DNA of 64,000 nt from an uncultured Planctomycetia bacterium (GTDB lineage Bacteria; Omnitrophota; Gorgyraeia; 1-14-0-20-64-10). How positions within the stretch are numbered: position 1 is the stretch's first letter; each line of letters opens with the position of its first letter. The notes beneath the pieces are model-generated. The model saw only the letters and a program-made list of their open reading frames with translations, was not told where the DNA came from and did no database searches. Positions 9,810-19,295 of the stretch are shown here, piece by piece. Location: NCBI GenBank assembly GCA_964597545.1, contig CAZQXN010000004.1, positions 6,683-70,682 on the forward strand. The letters run 5' to 3'. The position numbers were made by a program, and so were the translations under genes.

Positions 9810-11266
9810 CAGCCTTTCCTCCCGACCAAGACCTTCTCAAAGCGGGCTGGGGAGGTTCCGTGTCCCACGTGCATGGACTGAACCGGTTCCCCCTTGCCGC
9901 AATTGGGCACCCCAAAGAGCTGCCACTCTCCTTTGCCGGTGACCGCAGAGCAGGAACGCCAAAATTCCGGCGTGATTCCGGTATAGACCGGGTTTTTAAG
10001 TATCCGGCCGATGCGGCCCTGCCGAATCTCCCAGGCGATCTCGGTTCCGAACTGAAAGTTGAGGCGGCGGTCATCGATCGACCAACTTTTATTAGTGGCC
10101 ATGAGGATTCCCCGCTGGGTGTCGCGGATCAACTGAGCCAATGTTCCGGTACCGGGTTCGAGGTTCACGTTGGTCATCCGGATGATCGGAATGGCATTCC
10201 AGCCGTCGGCACGCATCGCCCCAGACGACATCCGGCCGATCTGGGGTGCGCTCTCCCGGGAGCTTAAGTATCCTACGAATTTTCCCTCTCGGATGATCGG
10301 CACCCGCTGGGCCTCAACCCCCTCGTCGTCATAACCGAAGGTGCCGCACCCCTGTGGTGTAGTGGCATCGGCCGTGATGTTGACAAGCTTAGAGCCGTAC
10401 CGGAACCTACCAAGCTTCTCCGGCGTCAAAAAGCTACCTCCTGCAAAGGAGAGTTCCAATCCCAATGCCCGGTCCAGCTCAACCGGGTGTCCGCACGACT
10501 CGTGAAGCTGAAGAATCAGCTGGTCCGGCATGAGGATGAGGGAGGTGGTTTGATGCGGGCAGGCCTTGGCTCGCAGCAGGGCCACGGCCTCTTTGCGGAT
10601 TCGAGGGGCATGCCCGACAAAATCAAGAGCTTTGACATGCTCATAGCCGGCTTGAGCCAGAGCGGCTGCGTTGGCTGAGGGGTAGGAGCGACGCTGCACC
10701 TCATGGTCCAGGACAGCGGTGGCTTCCAACTGTCCGCCGGATTCTGTGATCTCCTGCTCAATCCAGGAGCCCTCGGTGGAGCAGAAGAACTTCTCTGTTC
10801 GGTAGAACTCCAAAGCTGCCTTGGCGGTCTTAATGCTGGGGTGGTCTTTTAAAAGCCGGGATGCCCAAAGGAGATAATCCAGCTTTTTGGAAAGTTCCAC
10901 CTCAAAGGGGTCCACCTCCAAGGGGGTTCGGTAGTGAGCGCGGACCGGTTCTACCGGGTGGAGCTTGACCTTGGTGTGGGATTCCTGGGCAACGGCCCGG
11001 GCCATTGTGAGGGCGGTTTCAACGGTGTGAGTCAATCCCACTCGATCCAATCGGCTGGAGGCAGCATGCCCCCATGCGCCCCGGTACAGCGCCCGAATGG
11101 AGATCCCTTCAGAGGTGGCGTGGCTGGCCTGCTTGACCTGAAGATTCTGGACCACCAGATCTTCTTCGGTTTGCTTGACCCAGCGCAGGTCTGCATAATC
11201 TACCCCGCGCCGCTTGAGGGCCTTGACCGTGTCGGTGGCGATATTTTTGATCTTGGGGGAAACCAT
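9809..11266 (-). CDS. tldD: TldD-family zinc metalloprotease
   Basis: HESCGHPVE (HExxxH) motif within a TldD-like sequence. Proposed start at the internal Met (MVSPKIKNIATDTVKALKRRGVDYADLRW), giving 486 aa. The ORF-track start at 11497 is probably an upstream run-on. Confidence 0.75.
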   Translation of the reverse strand: MVSPKIKNIATDTVKALKRRGVDYADLRWVKQTEEDLVVQNLQVKQASHATSEGISIRALYRGAWGHAASSRLDRVGLTHTVETALTMARAVAQESHTKVKLHPVEPVRAHYRTPLEVDPFEVELSKKLDYLLWASRLLKDHPSIKTAKAALEFYRTEKFFCSTEGSWIEQEITESGGQLEATAVLDHEVQRRSYPSANAAALAQAGYEHVKALDFVGHAPRIRKEAVALLRAKACPHQTTSLILMPDQLILQLHESCGHPVELDRALGLELSFAGGSFLTPEKLGRFRYGSKLVNITADATTPQGCGTFGYDDEGVEAQRVPIIREGKFVGYLSSRESAPQIGRMSSGAMRADGWNAIPIIRMTNVNLEPGTGTLAQLIRDTQRGILMATNKSWSIDDRRLNFQFGTEIAWEIRQGRIGRILKNPVYTGITPEFWRSCSAVTGKGEWQLFGVPNCGKGEPVQSMHVGHGTSPARFEKVLVGRKG

Positions 11267-11538
11267 GATTGCACTTACCCTACGGTGTTTGATCTCCCCT
11301 GTCAACCTACACCCACCAGCCGAAGGGCAAGCTGGAGACGGGGCCCTTGTGACGGGGTGGCCCGAACGCGCACCGTTGGAAGGCCGTGCGGGCATGGTGT
11401 CCCTGGCGCTGCATCTTATCGGGGACGAGCACGGCCGAACACCGGAGCGAGGATTGCCTCGCTGGGGCAATCCGAGCGGTGCGCGGCGGACCAACACGGC
11501 GCAGGGGTGTCTCCAGCTTGCACGGGAGGTCTGCTATA

Positions 11539-12960
11539 ATGCGGCTCATGAGGTATACACCGGTTCGTGCCATGGAGGCGGTCAATGCTGCCTTCCTCAG
11601 GATTCCCAGGGCGAAGATCCTCAAGATTCTCTCCAGGAAAGAGCCCCTCTTTCTTAAGGAAGGCATGGCCATGCTCTCGGATGAAGGCAAGCGCAAGCTC
11701 ATCGATGTTCAGCTGCGCCCCTGGGTGTTCAGCAGGGCCCAATACCGTTTCTTCTACCAGGCCTGCAGGCTGCTGCAGAGCGCACTCCACCGAGTGATGG
11801 CTCTTTATGTCACCGCTCCCCGCGTCCAGCAGATCGTGCCTCTTGATCGCAGGGAGCATGATTGGATGATGGCCGTCAATGCCGGAGGCATCCAAAAACC
11901 CCAGGCGATCATTGACCGGTTGGATGCCACCGCCACCTTTACCCCCTCGGACTGGCGGGAGAATTTCTTCTTCTTAGAGCCCAACTGCGTTGGCATTGGC
12001 GGCGTCCATTACATTCCTGCGACCTGCCTGTTGACCAACAAGTGGGTCCTTCCTACACTCAAGAAGCATCTTCCTGACCTCACCTTTCAGTACCCGGATG
12101 ACATTCGGGAGCTGATGCTCAAACTCTTTACCCGGCATGCCAAGGCGATCGGCAGGAGACTGCGGCGCATCGCCTTACTGGAGGATCGATCGGCCGAAGG
12201 AGGAACCGACGAGTTTGGGGTGCTGGCTCAGTATTACAAAGGCCAGGGACTGCCGGCTGTGGTGGCTGATCCCCGTGAGATTGTAATTCGTAAAGGAGAG
12301 GTGAGCGTCAAGGGCAAGCCGGTGGACATCATTTACCGTGATACGGAGCTCAGAGAAATCATCCCCTTGGTGGCCCAGGGGACGAAACGCACCCCCTGCG
12401 GCATCCGAGAAGCCTTTTTGCGCAACCAAGTGGTCTCTTCCATGGCAGGGGAGTTTGACCACAAATCGGTTTGGGAGCTCTTCACCAATCCGGAGTTTGA
12501 CCGTTACTTCACCCTGCGCCAGCGCAGGCTCTTCCAAAAGCATCTGCTGTGGACCCGTTTGATTTGGGAACGCAAGACAACCTCTCCGGCCGGCAAGGCG
12601 GTAGATCTGGCTCGTTATACCCGGCGCAACCGGGAATCCCTCATGATCAAGCCGAATCGAGCCTTTGGTGGGGAGGGGGTGGTCTTTGGGCACCAGTGCG
12701 CCCAGGCGGTCTGGGAGCGCGTGTTGGCCAAGGCCTTAAAGCGTCCCGGCTCCCATGTGGTTCAGCGCGCCGAGGCGGTCCGGGCAGAACTGTTTCCCTC
12801 GGCAGACAAGCGGGGTAGGGTACGGCTGGAGTCGTATCATGCTGTGACCGGCTTTGCTGCCACCCAAGATGGGATGGCGGTTCTGGGCCGCTCCTCGAGA
12901 GAGCGGGTGGTCAACGTCTCCCGGCGCGGAGGCTTAATCGCCATCTGGCAGCTCGGTTAA
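11539..12960 (+). CDS. ATP-grasp-like amidoligase (glutathionylspermidine-synthase / circularly-permuted ATP-grasp-like), putative
   Basis: LMIKPNRAFGGEGVVFG resembles the GspS / ATP-grasp nucleotide-binding motif. Start chosen at the ATG just after a TATAAT-like box; the ORF-track start at 11386 overlaps tldD. Confidence 0.45.
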   Translation: MRLMRYTPVRAMEAVNAAFLRIPRAKILKILSRKEPLFLKEGMAMLSDEGKRKLIDVQLRPWVFSRAQYRFFYQACRLLQSALHRVMALYVTAPRVQQIVPLDRREHDWMMAVNAGGIQKPQAIIDRLDATATFTPSDWRENFFFLEPNCVGIGGVHYIPATCLLTNKWVLPTLKKHLPDLTFQYPDDIRELMLKLFTRHAKAIGRRLRRIALLEDRSAEGGTDEFGVLAQYYKGQGLPAVVADPREIVIRKGEVSVKGKPVDIIYRDTELREIIPLVAQGTKRTPCGIREAFLRNQVVSSMAGEFDHKSVWELFTNPEFDRYFTLRQRRLFQKHLLWTRLIWERKTTSPAGKAVDLARYTRRNRESLMIKPNRAFGGEGVVFGHQCAQAVWERVLAKALKRPGSHVVQRAEAVRAELFPSADKRGRVRLESYHAVTGFAATQDGMAVLGRSSRERVVNVSRRGGLIAIWQLG

Positions 12961-13008
12961 TCGTTAACCTGAGGACTGCCTCTGGTTTTGCCTGCCTGCA
13001 AGAAAAGA

Positions 13009-16000
13009 TTATGCTCCTGTTGCCAGTTCCTCCAGCCCCACCATGAAGGCGGGCAATTCTGTGGCAAGGAGGTGTTGGTCAACCCCCATGCGTTCAAAAA
13101 TATACTGAATCATTGCCGCTGCGTTTGCTGCTGCCGCCCGGACGACTGTTCCTGTAATGCCGGCATACTCCGCCAAGCTGAACAACAGGTCCGTCTCCTC
13201 CAGGCCGCCCAGCGCCCGAAAAGAGCGGGCATCTAAGGCAACGAGCTGGGTAACGACTCCTGCCGGATCAGTTCCATCATGAATCAGAGCTCTATCCTCA
13301 AGCCCGGCAAAAGCTCTTACAACCGGATCTTCCGCCAGATCTCCTCCAATCACAAAGAAGGAGTTGGGGTGGGTAGCAGAGCGATGGAGTCGCTCCAGTC
13401 GCCCCTCAATAGAGACCGGCCAAGAAACTGCTTCCTCCAGGCCTGTAGCGGGTCCACCAATGAGGTATGGCTCAAGATTCATCTGCAAGCCTGCATCTTT
13501 CTTGGGAAGGTTTTCCCATACCTTAACAATCTGATCTGCGGGAATCTCTAAAACGCGTTCTAGAATCGATAAATGGACCTCTGGAGTATCTTCCCTGGCG
13601 CCAAAGAGCCTGAGGGTGTCCACCTTGTTGCGATTGGAAAGGTATCGGAAGGGGATGACGTTTTCATCTGGCCGAACATTCACAGCGGCAACCCGAGCAT
13701 AGGGAAAATCCACGTATTGGTGTACGGTTTCTGGGGGATGTCCTGTAAAATCAAATTCAGCCAGGACGGCGTCAGATCGGTTACCTCTTGTTGCATAGCT
13801 CATCGCATGCTCTGGGATCTGCGTGATATTAGCATCTGAGCCAAACGGGGTTTCGTAATAGGGCAGCCCTCCATGCTCCAGGAGCTTCCATTTAAAGCTC
13901 TCCCAATTAGCTCCGTGCAACCAAACGTGACCGATCCACTGCGATCTTTCATCTTCGGTTGTCTCTCTAAAATATGCTTGTCCGCTTTCATTGGTGTCCA
14001 TCGTGACTTCGAAGCGCACAATGGCTTCATTTGCGCCCTGATAATTTAGCTCGCCGCCACTTCCATCCGCGGATTGATACGAGAGGTTTTGCTTTCCCCC
14101 TCCCTGCGCTGCAAGACGAGTTGCGCTTTTGATGGATCGAAATAGCTCCAGTCGGGTTGCCATGATCTTTGACCGCTCTCGCCATTCAATGCCCTCATCA
14201 GTTGTTACAAATTTGATGTCGCCAGCATCAACCTTTGCCAAAATAGCCTTTGTGAGCATGATGGCTGCCCAGGGACTAACGATGTCATCTTCGTTAATTG
14301 AGATTTTCGCCTTATCTCTAAATACCAGACGATGCGATTGGTCAGACCATCGGATATCGGGAAATACCGGCACATAATGAGGCTCGTGCATTGAAATGAT
14401 CAGCGGAGACTGCGCCTGAATAGACCCGGCTAACCCCTCGACTTTCTGTATGGTTCGTAGGTCTAATTCCTCCAAGCCTGTAGCGGGCTTCAGATCCAGT
14501 AACTCCACTATCTGCCTGGCTGAGCGCAGATAAGCATCAAACGCACTTTTGGATGAATAAGTAGAAGGGGTCGTTCTCATCTCTGCAGCGGACAGCTCTC
14601 CGGTTACAAACTGAGCAAGCCTATGGGCATCTGCCAGATGCAACCGTCTTGCGCCGCTGTCTGTCCCGAGATGCAGATCGTAATACCTCACAGCATCGGA
14701 GAACCGTGTCGGGTTGGGCATCGCTCCAAACCAAACTGCCAGCAAAAGCTGAACAACATGTTTGGGCTCCTTGAAACTAAAGCTATCTGAGGCTGGAAGC
14801 TCTTTCTCTAATACTTGGCGGGCAGCGGAGAAGGAGAGCTTGCCAGCCAAGAACTCTGGCAAGATATGCTGCGCTTCCTGGCGAAGTTTTAACAAGGTGT
14901 GCCAGGGGACGACAGTTTGATCGATAACATCCGGTGTATGAATGGGGTGTGCTTTGCCCGGGACCCACCCTTTGTAATCCAGATCAACGTCGAAAAGCAG
15001 ATCGGTCACTCCCTGCGGAATCTGTTCGGTATGCGCACGGTTGGCCGCCTCTTCGAACATCGCAGGAGGGATCCCCTGGAGATCCAGAACAATCAAGGTA
15101 TCTGTTCCGACACCAAGCAAAATCTGCTCCCCTCGTTTCGACATCACCTCCAGAATTGCCAGGATGGGGTGGGCTTCTGGGATCTTTGAGTCGAAGAAGT
15201 CGGTTTCCAAATAGACAATGTCGGGCCATCCCCAGCGGTAATGGATGTGCTCCAACAACAACTGGGCAGGTGCGCCAGAAAGCATATACGGAATTGCTTG
15301 AATCCACTTTTCTAACCCTTCGGGGGTTTGAATCGGGTGAAACCGTTCAAGCTCATGGATAGTGATCCGTAGATTTGATTTCTTATCTTCAATGATTTTG
15401 GGGTCAGCCGAGGGGGCATTGGGATCAGGCAAGTCAAGATAAGGTTTTTGCTGCCTTCGGTAATGGCTCGACTTATCAAACAAAAGCTGGCGAACACCTT
15501 GAGGAACTCGGGAAAAATGGGCCCGTTTTTTCATCTCCTCGAAGACCACCCGATCATCCGGGCCGGCCTCGATTCCTTCGCTATCCACAACCACCAACTC
15601 ACCGGAGCCGACTGCTACCACAACCTCTTTGGGCCGCTGGGCTACCTGATCTAGCGCATGGGAGATGCTCAATGCTGAGGCAGCCCTGTCTCTCCAGAAG
15701 CTCTCTGCGACAAGATAGGCAACCACTTCGTTTGGCCACTGATCATCAATGTATTGCAAAAGTTGTTGGGCCGCCCGCTCAGAAAGAATTTCCCACTTGG
15801 CCGATAAAGCCGAAAAAGCTTCTGGTTCTCGCAGAAGATTCATTATTGGCACATTGTTCAAAAACGGCGGCTGCTCCTCTATCCCGGCAGCAGCTGTGGG
15901 ACTCAATGCTTCCTTGAGTTGGAGGGTGACAGGGGACCCCTCTTCCATCCCTGCATTTAAGGGTCGCAACGCCCAGGCAGCGGGGGTGGGCAAAGCTAGG

Positions 16001-16053
16001 CCAGCGCTTAGCAGAAACATTAGGATTCTGTAGATGACCGGCTGCCTTTTCAT
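13009..16053 (-). CDS. Large secreted protein of unknown function (1015 aa from proposed start), with an internal duplication and recurrent A-x-G-L-E-E motifs
   Basis: - Signal peptide MKRQPVIYRILMFLLSAGLALPTPAAWA.
- Two internal roughly 100-aa repeats (...WP..V.YL....F...........LVV.D..GI......RAH....PQGV..LLFD).
- No recognisable enzymatic motif.
- ORF opens at 16113. Confidence 0.6.
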   Translation of the reverse strand: MKRQPVIYRILMFLLSAGLALPTPAAWALRPLNAGMEEGSPVTLQLKEALSPTAAAGIEEQPPFLNNVPIMNLLREPEAFSALSAKWEILSERAAQQLLQYIDDQWPNEVVAYLVAESFWRDRAASALSISHALDQVAQRPKEVVVAVGSGELVVVDSEGIEAGPDDRVVFEEMKKRAHFSRVPQGVRQLLFDKSSHYRRQQKPYLDLPDPNAPSADPKIIEDKKSNLRITIHELERFHPIQTPEGLEKWIQAIPYMLSGAPAQLLLEHIHYRWGWPDIVYLETDFFDSKIPEAHPILAILEVMSKRGEQILLGVGTDTLIVLDLQGIPPAMFEEAANRAHTEQIPQGVTDLLFDVDLDYKGWVPGKAHPIHTPDVIDQTVVPWHTLLKLRQEAQHILPEFLAGKLSFSAARQVLEKELPASDSFSFKEPKHVVQLLLAVWFGAMPNPTRFSDAVRYYDLHLGTDSGARRLHLADAHRLAQFVTGELSAAEMRTTPSTYSSKSAFDAYLRSARQIVELLDLKPATGLEELDLRTIQKVEGLAGSIQAQSPLIISMHEPHYVPVFPDIRWSDQSHRLVFRDKAKISINEDDIVSPWAAIMLTKAILAKVDAGDIKFVTTDEGIEWRERSKIMATRLELFRSIKSATRLAAQGGGKQNLSYQSADGSGGELNYQGANEAIVRFEVTMDTNESGQAYFRETTEDERSQWIGHVWLHGANWESFKWKLLEHGGLPYYETPFGSDANITQIPEHAMSYATRGNRSDAVLAEFDFTGHPPETVHQYVDFPYARVAAVNVRPDENVIPFRYLSNRNKVDTLRLFGAREDTPEVHLSILERVLEIPADQIVKVWENLPKKDAGLQMNLEPYLIGGPATGLEEAVSWPVSIEGRLERLHRSATHPNSFFVIGGDLAEDPVVRAFAGLEDRALIHDGTDPAGVVTQLVALDARSFRALGGLEETDLLFSLAEYAGITGTVVRAAAANAAAMIQYIFERMGVDQHLLATELPAFMVGLEELATGA

Positions 16054-16270
16054 AAGGTCCGTATTCATACTACAAGTATGGCACATTGGAGAAAAAATAG
16101 ACAAGTTCAGCAATCTAAAATTGGTACGATTAACTCATTGGGGGAGGGTGGTGGATTCAAGCGACGGTCGGAAAGCAGCCAAGACAGGTTCAGGGACCAA
16201 AGAGCAGTTTGTTAACCTTGCATAGAAAACTGGTTGACATTTACTCCTCCCGTAAGGGATAACGGTACTC

Positions 16271-16362
16271 TCAAGCTTTTCCGAGAATGTCATCCTCGCC
16301 GAAGCGAGGATCCTCGATCGAGTCGAGGATAGCGTTCGATTCCCGCTTGCGCGGGAATGACA
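16271..16362. repeat. Cluster of three consecutive perfect hairpins nested in an outer TGTCAT/ATGACA inverted repeat, in the bioB 5' region
   Basis: TCCTCGCcgaaGCGAGGA, TCCTCGAtcgagTCGAGGA and TTCCCGCttgcGCGGGAA, flanked by gaaTGTCATcc ... ggaATGACAcc. Confidence 0.5.
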
Positions 16363-16382
16363 CCCAATAAAGGGATTCTTGC

Positions 16383-17363
16383 ATGAGGTACCAGGTCCAA
16401 ACCATTGCCGAGCGGATCCTTGAGGGCAAAGGTTCTATTGCCTTTGACGAGGCAGAGGGGCTCATTGCCCTGGAGGCTTGGCCTGAGATCCTGGAGCTGG
16501 CGGCATGGGCCTTGAGGATCAGGGAGAAGTTCACCGGCCAGCAAGCCGACACTTGCTCCCTGATCAACGCCAAATCCGGCAGATGCCCTGAGGACTGCGC
16601 ATTTTGCAGTCAGTCGGGCCGCGCCGATACCGATATCCCCACCTATCCGCTGGTGGACCCCGAGCAGATTGTCCAGCGCGCAAAAGAGGCCAAGGCCTTT
16701 GGGGCCCAGCGCTTCTGCATCGTCACCGCCACCGGTTCTGTCTCGGACAAAGACCTTCCGGTCTATTGCGAGGCGATCCGGCGCTTAAAAGAAGAGGTGG
16801 GTATTGTACCGGAATGTTCCCTCGGGTTCTTGACAGAAGAGCAGCTCCTGCGCCTCAAAGCGGCCGGCATGGTCCGATACAACCACAATTTAGAGACCGC
16901 CCAGAGCCATTTCCCTAAGATCTGCACCACCCACACCTACCAGCAGAGGCGCGAGATTATCCAGATGCTCAAGCGCCATGGTGTGGAGGCCTGCTGCGGC
17001 GGCATCTTGGGGCTAGGAGAGTCCAGGCGGCAGAGGTTGGAGCTGGCCTTTGCCTTGGCCGAGCTGGAGGTGGAGTGCGCTCCGATCAATATCTTAAACT
17101 CCCGCGCCGGGACACCATTGGAGAGCAGCGCTCCACCTGCCCCTCAGGAGATCATCAAAACCATCGCCATCTTCCGTTTTATTCTGCCTCGGACCCAGAT
17201 CAAACTGGCAGGAGGGCGGGAGGCGGCCTTAAGAGAGTTTCAAACCATGGCCTTGCTGGCAGGGGCCAACGCCTTGATCATCGGAGGGTATCTCACCACC
17301 CAGGGCCGCGAGCCTTACGAGGATCTTCAGATGCTTGAGGAGGCGGGATTTACCGTCTCATGA
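16383..17363 (+). CDS. bioB: Biotin synthase (radical SAM)
   Basis: Cys triad CPEDCAFC, plus FCIVTATG...GGILGLGES, typical of BioB. Confidence 0.9.
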   Translation: MRYQVQTIAERILEGKGSIAFDEAEGLIALEAWPEILELAAWALRIREKFTGQQADTCSLINAKSGRCPEDCAFCSQSGRADTDIPTYPLVDPEQIVQRAKEAKAFGAQRFCIVTATGSVSDKDLPVYCEAIRRLKEEVGIVPECSLGFLTEEQLLRLKAAGMVRYNHNLETAQSHFPKICTTHTYQQRREIIQMLKRHGVEACCGGILGLGESRRQRLELAFALAELEVECAPINILNSRAGTPLESSAPPAPQEIIKTIAIFRFILPRTQIKLAGGREAALREFQTMALLAGANALIIGGYLTTQGREPYEDLQMLEEAGFTVS

Positions 17364-18085
17364 TCTCCCTGGCCGAGAAGCGGATATTGGTGATGGGGGC
17401 GACCGGTACAATCGGCCGGACCATCCTCGAGGAGGCCAAAGGGTACGGGGCATGGGTAGCTGGGTCCTACTGGCGCAGCGCAGATAAAGCTCGAGAGCTC
17501 CAGTCACAGGGTGTTTGGATGGTTCAGGCCGATTTGACTGACCGCTCCCAGGCACGCGCCTGTGTTCAACAGGTTTTGGCAGAGGCCGGGCACTTGGATG
17601 GTTTGGTCTACGCTGCCGGCAACGCAGCCGACCACACCCTGACAAAATTAAGCGAAGCGGATTGGGATCAAGTCTTCAAGCTGCACCTGGGTGGTTTGGT
17701 GGCTTGCGCTCAAGAGGTGCTGCCCAGCATGCGGCGCCGGGGCCGCGGCAAGATCATCGCACTCGGTTCCATGGCAGGCCAGACTGGTCGGATAGGGCAA
17801 GCCAATTACAGCGCTGCCAAGGGGGCGACAGTAGGCTTTATCAAGACCTTGGCCCGGGAGGCCGGCCGCTTCGGGGTGAGCGCCAATGTGATCTGTCCGG
17901 GCTTCGTTGAATCTGAGATGACTCGATCTGCCCCTCCCGCTGCCTGGGATCAGGCCCGAGCCGATTCGGTCCTAGGGACACTTTCCAGCGCTCAAGTGGT
18001 TGCCTCTTTTTCCGGTTGGCTCCTCTCAGATCTGTGTCAGGGTGTGACCGGCCAGGTCTTTCATCTCGACAGCCGAATCTTATAG
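17360..18085 (+). CDS. Short-chain dehydrogenase/reductase, FabG-like 3-oxoacyl-ACP reductase family
   Basis: Rossmann motif VMGATGTIGRTI and catalytic YSAAK (YxxxK); SDR fold. Coupled to bioB (ATGA). Confidence 0.75.
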   Translation: MISLAEKRILVMGATGTIGRTILEEAKGYGAWVAGSYWRSADKARELQSQGVWMVQADLTDRSQARACVQQVLAEAGHLDGLVYAAGNAADHTLTKLSEADWDQVFKLHLGGLVACAQEVLPSMRRRGRGKIIALGSMAGQTGRIGQANYSAAKGATVGFIKTLAREAGRFGVSANVICPGFVESEMTRSAPPAAWDQARADSVLGTLSSAQVVASFSGWLLSDLCQGVTGQVFHLDSRIL

Positions 18086-18087
18086 AG

Positions 18088-19284
18088 ATGATCTCTTTCG
18101 ATTCTCTCCGCACCGAGCTGGATGACCTCACCGCGCAAGGCCTTTATCGCAGTCCCCGAAAGGCAGAAGAGATCTGCGGCGGCCGCATTCGCGTGGGATC
18201 CAAGTGGTTGGTCCATCTGGCTTCCAATAATTACTTGGGGCTTACCGAACACCCCCGCGTTAAAGCTGCTGCTGCTGAGGCGGTAACGCGCTTCGGGACC
18301 GGGGCCGGCTCAGCACGGCTCATCGGCGGCAATCTCCCTTTGCATGAATCCCTGGAGGAGGGACTTGCCCGTTTTAAGCAGTCAGAGGCGGCGCTGGTTT
18401 TCTCAACCGGCTACATGGCTAATCTGGGGGCGGTGACCGCACTCGTGGGTTCAGGGGATCTGGTCATTGGAGATCGTTTCAACCATGCCAGCCTCATAGA
18501 TGCCTGCCGCCTCTCAAAAGCTACATTCCGAGTTTTTCCCCATCGGGATACAGCGTGCCTTGCCGCTGCCCTAAAACGTCATCGCGGTCAGCACCGACGG
18601 GCCCTGATCGTCACCGAAGGGGTCTTTTCGATGGATGGGGATTTGGCCCCTCTGCCGGAGATTGTAGAGGCGGCCCGGCAGTATGATGCATGGGTGCTGG
18701 TGGATGATGCCCATGGCACCGGTGTTTTGGGGGAGGGGGGCAGGGGGACTGTGTCCCATTTTGGGTTAAGCGGCATCTTGCAGATGGGGACCCTTTCGAA
18801 GGCTTTGGGTTCTTTGGGCGGATATGTTGCCGGCCCCAGCGCTGTCATTGAGCTTTTAAGGAACAAGGCACGTTCCTTTATCTACACCACTGCCCTGCCT
18901 CCGGCTTCGGCTGCCGCGGCTCAAGAGGCATTGCGCGTGATTGAGGCCGAGCCGATTTGGATTGAGCGGCTTTGGAAGAACACAGAACAGATGCGCGCCG
19001 GACTCACTGCCCTGGAGATTCCCCTGGTGGCACAGGAAAGCCCAATCCTTCCGGTACGCGTCGGGGATGCGCAGGAGGCGATGCGCCTGGCAGAAGAACT
19101 CCTGGCCGCCGGGGTTTATGCTCCAGGCATTCGCCCTCCCACGGTGCCGGCCGGATCGGCCTGCATCCGCATCTCGATGAGTGCTGTCCATACCCCTCGG
19201 GACATTGCCGCAGCCTTAAAGGCCTTTCAGGGGGTTTTTGTGGGTGAGGCCCATGCTGTCCAACAGAAAGTCTCCCAAAGATAA
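18088..19284 (+). CDS. bioF: 8-amino-7-oxononanoate synthase (KAPA synthase), PLP-dependent
   Basis: LASNNYLGLTEHPRVKAAA...FSTGYMANLGAVTALV...SKALGSLGGYVAG, class-II aminotransferase / BioF pattern. ATG at 18088 follows the SDR stop; the ORF-track start at 18016 overlaps. Confidence 0.85.
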   Translation: MISFDSLRTELDDLTAQGLYRSPRKAEEICGGRIRVGSKWLVHLASNNYLGLTEHPRVKAAAAEAVTRFGTGAGSARLIGGNLPLHESLEEGLARFKQSEAALVFSTGYMANLGAVTALVGSGDLVIGDRFNHASLIDACRLSKATFRVFPHRDTACLAAALKRHRGQHRRALIVTEGVFSMDGDLAPLPEIVEAARQYDAWVLVDDAHGTGVLGEGGRGTVSHFGLSGILQMGTLSKALGSLGGYVAGPSAVIELLRNKARSFIYTTALPPASAAAAQEALRVIEAEPIWIERLWKNTEQMRAGLTALEIPLVAQESPILPVRVGDAQEAMRLAEELLAAGVYAPGIRPPTVPAGSACIRISMSAVHTPRDIAAALKAFQGVFVGEAHAVQQKVSQR

Positions 19285-19295
19285 GGAGCATTGTA

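Noticed and set aside
11267-11497. N-terminal extension of tldD and the early starts of the 11386 ORF.
   Set aside because: Arg/Pro-rich run-on translation across the divergent intergenic region. Conserved protein sequence starts later in both genes.
16271-16362. Possible CRISPR-like or tRNA-like structure in the hairpin cluster.
   Set aside because: Hairpins are too short and adjacent, with no cloverleaf and no repeat-spacer organisation. Kept as a regulatory/repeat candidate.
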